Source: Candidatus Iainarchaeum sp. (lineage in GTDB: Archaea > Iainarchaeota > Iainarchaeia > Iainarchaeales > UBA10191). From it: DNA of 22,726 bases. Shown piece after piece: positions 17,608-22,726 of this stretch. Position 1 is the stretch's first letter. Each line of letters starts with the position of its first letter. Both the position numbers and the translations under genes were made by a program. A model generated the notes under the pieces. It saw nothing but the letters and a program-made list of their open reading frames with translations, ran no database searches and was not told the origin of the DNA. The stretch covers positions 1 through 22,726 of the forward strand of contig JAUSFL010000025.1 of NCBI GenBank assembly GCA_030649735.1, in the 5' to 3' direction.

Positions 17608-17964
17608 ATGGCTATTTTGAAACGTGCTGGAATTGCATTAAAGTGCGGAATGAAACGCGTTGTTAACAGGCAAAGGATTGGCCTGCGCAGAAGAAGCAAT
17701 TCCATTAATTTGCCTTTTATTTTGCAGAATGCGGGCAGGGCGGCCGACATTGCAGAGGCGGACAGGAATCCAGTAAGCATTCTCAAGGCAATTAAAGAGT
17801 TGAAGGCAGCGAACAAGGCAGTTCTTGACTCCGCGGTTTTGGCAAAAAGAAAAGGACAGGCCGCAAGTTATGCCGACTTGCAGAAAACTTACAAGACTCA
17901 CTTGAAGGCCATTGAATATTTTGAGAAACGATTCAAAATCAATGACAGGCGCGCAAAAGAATAG
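17608..17964 (+). CDS. Hypothetical basic, probably helical protein (118 aa)
   Basis: ATG-TAG ORF filling the gap between flanking genes; TATA-like AAGGGTTAAAT ~35-40 nt upstream; K/R-rich; no recognised motif. Confidence 0.7.
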   Translation: MAILKRAGIALKCGMKRVVNRQRIGLRRRSNSINLPFILQNAGRAADIAEADRNPVSILKAIKELKAANKAVLDSAVLAKRKGQAASYADLQKTYKTHLKAIEYFEKRFKINDRRAKE

Positions 17965-17977
17965 GCGTGACTTTTCC
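17965..17977 (+). repeat. 13-bp direct repeat, copy 2 (GCGTGACTTTTCC)
   Basis: Begins on the base after the TAG of the 17608 ORF; identical to 17543-17555. Confidence 0.9.
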
Positions 17978-18073
17978 CTGCTTTCATTAAGCCTTTTGCC
18001 TTACTAAAAAACCAAGTATTTAAACATCAGGCTGCCTAATTGTTTCAAGATTTTGCTTTGGAGGAATTTGTCA

Positions 18074-20038
18074 ATGGCTGCTAAAATTGCTGGAAAAGAA
18101 AAGAATGATTTTTTCAAGATTGGATTATTGCTTGTTGTTTTGATTTGCGCCTTGGCAGTGATTGGAGTCTTAATGGCCGCGTTACAACCCCCAAAGCCCC
18201 AAATTGAGTTCAAGCAAATGCCGCGCTTTGAAAATTACGACAAGCTCGCGGCTTATTTCAGCGAGTCAAGCCAAAGGAATTATGGCCTTGAAGACATGCT
18301 TGTAAGGACTGCAACCATGCCTTTGAGCGTGGCCAGTTCTGCAGGCAGCATGGTGAAGCAGTCTGCAGAAAGCGATTCGGGCTTTTCAAGAACCAACGTG
18401 CAGGTTGAAGGCGTTGACGAGGCAGACATTGTAAAGACTGACGGAAAGTTCATTTACAATTTTTCAAAAAACCGCTTGATAATCACTGACGCTTACCCGA
18501 TTGAAGGAAGCGAAATTGTTTCAAAGACAGACTTGAGCGATCTTTCGCCTTTGGAAATGTTCATTGAAGGAAACCGGCTTTTGGTTTTCGCAAGCTCTAA
18601 CAGCGGAAACTATTACGGCGAGAAAGTTTCAACATTAAACAAACGCTACTATTACGGCGGTTCTGGAAGCACAGTGGTAAGAATTTACAATATTGGAAAC
18701 AAGGCAAGCCCGAGCTTGGAGAAAGAGTTTTCTTTTGAGGGAAGCTATTTGACTTCAAGGCTTATTGGAAAAAACGCCTACTTTGTAGTGAATGCTTATC
18801 CTCGCTATTACGGCAATGGAGACAAGAACGGAATAATTCCTTTAATGCAGGAAGACGGCGTTGAAAGGACAATTGCAGAGCCAGTGGACATTGGCTATTT
18901 GCCCCCAATGCCTGCTGAAAGCTTTGTGACTTTGGCTTCAATAAACTTGGACTCTAAAGAATTGCAGAAGGAAACAATTGCCGGAAGCGCCGAGAGCGTT
19001 TTTGCCTCAGAGCAAGGCATTTACATTTCAGGAACCGCGTGGCTTTCTTCAGAAACTCCAGTTGTCGGAGACATTGAAAGAGTGATTGTTGGGGATTCTG
19101 AAAAAACAATAATCAACAAGTTTGGATTGGATAATGGAACAATTGGGTTTTTGGGCCAAGGAAGCGTTCCAGGCCATGTATTGAACCAGTTTTCAATGGA
19201 TGAGTTTGAAGGAAACTTTCGCATTGCAACAACTGCAGGGCAGGTTTCCCAAATGGTTTCCCAATCAACAAACAATCTTTACGTGCTTGATTCTGAAATG
19301 AACACTATCGGGAAATTGGAAGGCCTTGCGCCCGGAGAAAAAATTTACTCCGCGCGCTTCATGGGAAAAAAGGCCTACATGGTGACTTTCAAGAAAGTCG
19401 ATCCATTGTTTGTAATAGACCTTTCAATTCCAACAGCGCCTAAAGTTTTAGGCAAGCTAAAGATTCCTGGATATTCTGACTATTTGCACCCAATTGATGA
19501 AACGCACATTATTGGAATTGGGAAAGACACTATTGCATCTTCTTCCTCTGACAATTTTGCATGGTATCAAGGCTTGAAAATGGCAGTGTTTGACGTCAGC
19601 GATGTTTCAAACCCTAAGGAAATGCACAAGATTGTAATTGGCGACAGGGGAACAGACAGTTTTGCCTTGCAAAACCACAAGGCATTCTTGTACGACAAGG
19701 AAAAAGAGTTGTTGGTATTGCCAATTTCCCTTGCTGAAATTCCGGCTGCAGAAAAAAGGCCTTTGGAAGAGCAATCCCAATCTCCATCTTATGGAACTCC
19801 AGTGTTTCAAGGCGCTTTTGTTTACAGGCTGACTTTAGAGAATGGCTTTGAAGAGCGCGGCAGAATAACCCACATTGCTCCGGATGAGGAATTGAAGAGC
19901 GGCTATTATTACGGCGATGAATCGCAAGTGCAAAGGTCATTGTTCATTGGAAACGTGCTTTACACTTTGTCCGATAAAATGCTGAAGGCAAATTCATTGA
20001 CTGACTTGAAAGAGCTGAAAGAATTCAAGTTTGACTGA
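18074..20038 (+). CDS. Membrane-anchored/secreted beta-propeller domain protein (Beta_propel, COG4880-like)
   Basis: Family motifs TNVQVEGVDEADIVKTDG, LNQFSMDE..G.FRIATT, GEKIYSARF, VTFKKVDPLFVIDL and LKIPGYSDYLHP; N-terminal TM helix. GGAGG at 18060-18064 supports ATG 18074; TATTTAAA at ~18017-18024. Confidence 0.92.
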   Translation: MAAKIAGKEKNDFFKIGLLLVVLICALAVIGVLMAALQPPKPQIEFKQMPRFENYDKLAAYFSESSQRNYGLEDMLVRTATMPLSVASSAGSMVKQSAESDSGFSRTNVQVEGVDEADIVKTDGKFIYNFSKNRLIITDAYPIEGSEIVSKTDLSDLSPLEMFIEGNRLLVFASSNSGNYYGEKVSTLNKRYYYGGSGSTVVRIYNIGNKASPSLEKEFSFEGSYLTSRLIGKNAYFVVNAYPRYYGNGDKNGIIPLMQEDGVERTIAEPVDIGYLPPMPAESFVTLASINLDSKELQKETIAGSAESVFASEQGIYISGTAWLSSETPVVGDIERVIVGDSEKTIINKFGLDNGTIGFLGQGSVPGHVLNQFSMDEFEGNFRIATTAGQVSQMVSQSTNNLYVLDSEMNTIGKLEGLAPGEKIYSARFMGKKAYMVTFKKVDPLFVIDLSIPTAPKVLGKLKIPGYSDYLHPIDETHIIGIGKDTIASSSSDNFAWYQGLKMAVFDVSDVSNPKEMHKIVIGDRGTDSFALQNHKAFLYDKEKELLVLPISLAEIPAAEKRPLEEQSQSPSYGTPVFQGAFVYRLTLENGFEERGRITHIAPDEELKSGYYYGDESQVQRSLFIGNVLYTLSDKMLKANSLTDLKELKEFKFD

Positions 20039-20039
20039 A

Positions 20040-21029
20040 TCAGTCATTCGCTTTCGTGGCGGATTTTTTAGTGAAATCGTTCAATGGAGTCTGGGCATTG
20101 TTGTGGAACAATTCGCTTACAGAGCGGCTTTCATGAATCCTTAAGATTGCTTCTGAAAGGATTTTGGCAATGCTTAAAACCTTGATTTTGCCGCCATTTT
20201 CTTTTTGGGGCAGCGAGTTTGTCACAATGATTTCCTCAAGCTCGCTTTTTTCCAGTTTTTCGCGCGCATTTCCTGAAAACAGCCCGTGAGTCGCGCAGGC
20301 AAAAACCCTTAAAGCGCCTGCCTTTTTTAAAGCGCAAGCCGCCGCAACTAAAGAGCCGCCAGTGTCTATCATGTCATCAAACAAAACGCAGTTTTTTCCT
20401 TCAACTTCCCCAATAATGTTCACTGCTTCGCAAGTGTTTTCCTTAGGCCTTGACTTGTTTATTATTGCGAGTTCTGCGTTGATTTCCCTGGAAATTTTAG
20501 TGCATGCCTTTGCCGCTCCGGCGTCAGGCGCCACAATCACAATGTCTTTCAGGCCTTTTTTTTCAATCTCTTTTTCCAGGAATTTTGTCGCGGTCAAATT
20601 ATCCAGCGGGATTTCAAAAAATCCCTGAATTTGGCCTGAATGCAGGTCTAAAGCCAGCACTCTGTCAACTCCAGCTGTTTCCAAAAGCCTTGCAATAAGC
20701 TTTGCCGTTATTGGCTCTCGCGGGCTTGCTTTCCTGTCCTGCCTTGCATAGCCGTACCATGGAATGACTGCGGTGATTCTTTGCGCCGAAGCCCTCTTCA
20801 AGGCGTCAATGAAAATCAAGAGCTCCATGATGTTTGCGTCATTGCAGGTTGGCTGTATTACAAAGCAGTCTTCGCCGCGCACGTTTTCCAAAACCCTGAC
20901 GAGCTTTTCTCCATTGGCAAAACTCAGCAATTCTCTCTCGCCAAGCCTTATTCCGAGTTTTTCAGCAATTTCTTCAGCAAGCTGTTCGTGGCAGCTGCCT
21001 GAAAAAACCTTCAAGTTAAAACCGTTCAA
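20040..21029 (-). CDS. prs: Ribose-phosphate pyrophosphokinase (PRPP synthetase), class I-like
   Basis: FANGE, YGYARQDRK, DLHSGQIQGFF, PDAG, DDMIDTGGSL, ATHGLFS and C-terminal SVSELF. Confidence 0.96.
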   Translation of the reverse strand: MNGFNLKVFSGSCHEQLAEEIAEKLGIRLGERELLSFANGEKLVRVLENVRGEDCFVIQPTCNDANIMELLIFIDALKRASAQRITAVIPWYGYARQDRKASPREPITAKLIARLLETAGVDRVLALDLHSGQIQGFFEIPLDNLTATKFLEKEIEKKGLKDIVIVAPDAGAAKACTKISREINAELAIINKSRPKENTCEAVNIIGEVEGKNCVLFDDMIDTGGSLVAAACALKKAGALRVFACATHGLFSGNAREKLEKSELEEIIVTNSLPQKENGGKIKVLSIAKILSEAILRIHESRSVSELFHNNAQTPLNDFTKKSATKAND

Positions 21030-21074
21030 AAAAACCAGTCCCTGAATTTTTTGCGCTTGTTTGTTCTTAAAAAA

Positions 21075-22022
21075 CTATTCTTTTTTTCCAAACTCATTTA
21101 TTGCATTCCTGATTTCCCCGCTGGTTTTCGCCTTCATTATCTTCTCGCGCAACTGCCTTGCGCCTTGCGAGCCTTTGGAGAATTGCATTGCGATTATTTT
21201 CAAGTTTGCCTCGTCCGCCGAGCCAAATTTTTCGCAAAGCCCAAAGTACTCTTCAAAAACCGCGAGCCTTTCTGCAGGGCTCGCCTTCCATTCTTTTCCT
21301 TTCTGGAATTCCGAAATTTCCTTGAACACTAAAGGGTTTTGCATTGCTCCGCGGCCAATCATTGCAAACTCGGCGCGAGTTTTTTCCAAGCAATCAATTG
21401 CGCTTTTCGCGTCAACAATATCCCCATTCACTACTATTGGAATTCCGGAGTTTTTCACTAAAAAGGCAAGCGCGCTCCAGTCTGCCTTTCCAGAATAGCC
21501 TTGGCCAGCAAGTCTTGCGTGAACAATGATTGCATCAGCCCCTGCTTTTTCAATCAGCTTGCAGATTTCTGGGGAATTGTTTTTTTGCCATCCAAGGCGA
21601 ATTTTTACGCTCACGGGCTTTTTCGTGCTTTCTTTCACTGCGTGCACAATTTCCACTATTTTTTCAGGCTTTCTCAAAAGAGCAGCGCCAGAGCCAAGCT
21701 TTGTTTCATTGGTTGCGGGACAGCCTGCGTTAATGTTTATCATTTCAAACTTTTTTTCCAAAAGTCGTGTTGCTGCCGCAAATTCTTTCGCGTCATTGCC
21801 CACAAGCTGCAGGCAAATTGGTTTTTCTTCCTTGCAAGTTCTTAATTCCCGCAGTGTTTCAATAATTTCCGGCTTTCTGGAAATGTGGGTTGAATTCACC
21901 ATTTCAGTAAAACCCAAGCCGCTTCCGTATTTTTTGCACAAAATCCTGAACGGCAAGTTAGTGATTGCGGCCATTGGCGCGAGAAAAAAAGGCGAAGAAA
22001 CTTTTATTTTGCAGAATTTCAT
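21075..22022 (-). CDS. dus: tRNA-dihydrouridine synthase (DusB/NifR3-like)
   Basis: LAPMA, TEMV, NAGCP (catalytic Cys), GAALL, VSVKIRLG, HAR, NGDI and MIGRG motifs. Confidence 0.93.
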   Translation of the reverse strand: MKFCKIKVSSPFFLAPMAAITNLPFRILCKKYGSGLGFTEMVNSTHISRKPEIIETLRELRTCKEEKPICLQLVGNDAKEFAAATRLLEKKFEMININAGCPATNETKLGSGAALLRKPEKIVEIVHAVKESTKKPVSVKIRLGWQKNNSPEICKLIEKAGADAIIVHARLAGQGYSGKADWSALAFLVKNSGIPIVVNGDIVDAKSAIDCLEKTRAEFAMIGRGAMQNPLVFKEISEFQKGKEWKASPAERLAVFEEYFGLCEKFGSADEANLKIIAMQFSKGSQGARQLREKIMKAKTSGEIRNAINEFGKKE

Positions 22023-22501
22023 TTTGAACCAGTTTTTTTGAGCTTGAGGTTTTTTCTTATTTTGCCCGCAATTTTCTTGAGTTTTGCCTGGCTGAACTTT
22101 AGGATTTCTTCCTTGAAGAACACTCTCTTGAAATTTTCTGACGTGTTCCAGTCTTTAGAGTACATTGGAATCACATGAAAGTGAAAATGGCTTACGAGCC
22201 CGCCAGTCTGCGCAAGGCAAATCCTTCTGGGGGAATATGCTGCCTTTATTGCTTTTGCAACTTTTTTCACAAGCAGCATTGTCTTTTGAAGTTCTTTTTC
22301 AGGAATTTCTGTAATGTCTTCAAAGTGCTTTTTTGGCGCGACAATAGCGTATCCCTTGGTTGGCGGAAAAATGTCGAGGAAAGCAATGAATTCCTTGTTT
22401 TCAAAGATTGTGTCTTCCTTGCGGATTTGGCCTTTGCAAATGAAGCAGTCGCTTTTTTTCAAGTACTCGAGCTTTTTCGTGGAGAATTTCTCTTTTTTCA
22501 C
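22019..22501 (-). CDS. HIT family nucleotide hydrolase
   Basis: CFIC, AFLDIFP, PKKH and histidine triad HFHFHVIP. GTG start with AGGTGG SD; ATGA overlap with dus. Confidence 0.93.
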   Translation of the reverse strand: MKKEKFSTKKLEYLKKSDCFICKGQIRKEDTIFENKEFIAFLDIFPPTKGYAIVAPKKHFEDITEIPEKELQKTMLLVKKVAKAIKAAYSPRRICLAQTGGLVSHFHFHVIPMYSKDWNTSENFKRVFFKEEILKFSQAKLKKIAGKIRKNLKLKKTGSK

Positions 22502-22513
22502 TATTAAACCACC

Positions 22514-22726
22514 TTAATCTTCCAGCGCCACTAGCGCAATCTTTTCCAGCACTGCTTTCTCAATGCATTCATTCCCATTCTTCAAGAGTCTTGCTTCTTT
22601 TTCCGGAATTTCAAAAAGCTTTTGAAGGCTCTTAAAATCTGGCTTGAGTTTTTGCTCTTTCAGTTTTACAAGCTTTTTCATTTCAGCAATTGCCTTTTCT
22701 GAATTTTCCCCAACAGCAATTAGCGC
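22514..22726 (-). CDS. cgi121: KEOPS complex subunit Cgi121, C-terminal part (truncated by window end)
   Basis: Not in the ORF track. Manual translation: ALIAVGENSEKAIAEMKKLVKLKEQKLKPDFKSLQKLFEIPEKEARLLKNGNECIEKAVLEKIALVALED*. The L..LF.I...E and EK.VLEKIAL ending matches archaeal Cgi121. Confidence 0.75.
   Translation of the reverse strand, partial: ALIAVGENSEKAIAEMKKLVKLKEQKLKPDFKSLQKLFEIPEKEARLLKNGNECIEKAVLEKIALVALED

Noticed and set aside
1-22726. CRISPR array, IS element, or alternative genetic code
   Set aside because: No regularly spaced short repeats or transposase seen. TAA, TAG and TGA all end genes at sensible positions and conserved genes are uninterrupted.

Overview
Archaeal genomic window with TATA-box promoters, oligo-T terminators, a CCA-less tRNA and Cgi121. 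The style suggests a DPANN lineage, possibly Iainarchaeota/Diapherotrites-like (inference). The first 15.6 kb is a + strand cell-surface locus: a 5'-truncated Cys-rich repeat protein (>1560 aa), a C-terminally anchored poly-Gly protein, tRNA-Pro(CGG), an unexplained ~100-nt GC-rich structured element, and a ~3120-aa subtilase-adhesin (S8, Ig-like and FN3 repeats, LamG, two CBM-like domains). The rest is mostly housekeeping: nadA, a metallophosphoesterase, a basic orphan ORF, a secreted beta-propeller protein and a minus-strand cgi121-HIT-dus-prs cluster. The best leads are (i) strong D-x-N enrichment in the giant protein, a possible non-canonical modification sequon; (ii) the structured RNA candidate behind the tRNA; (iii) a promoter+orphan gene unit bounded by exact 13-bp direct repeats; (iv) a ~200-aa insertion in the S8 domain and interleaved FN3 pairs. 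All domain calls are by motif recognition; no searches were run.
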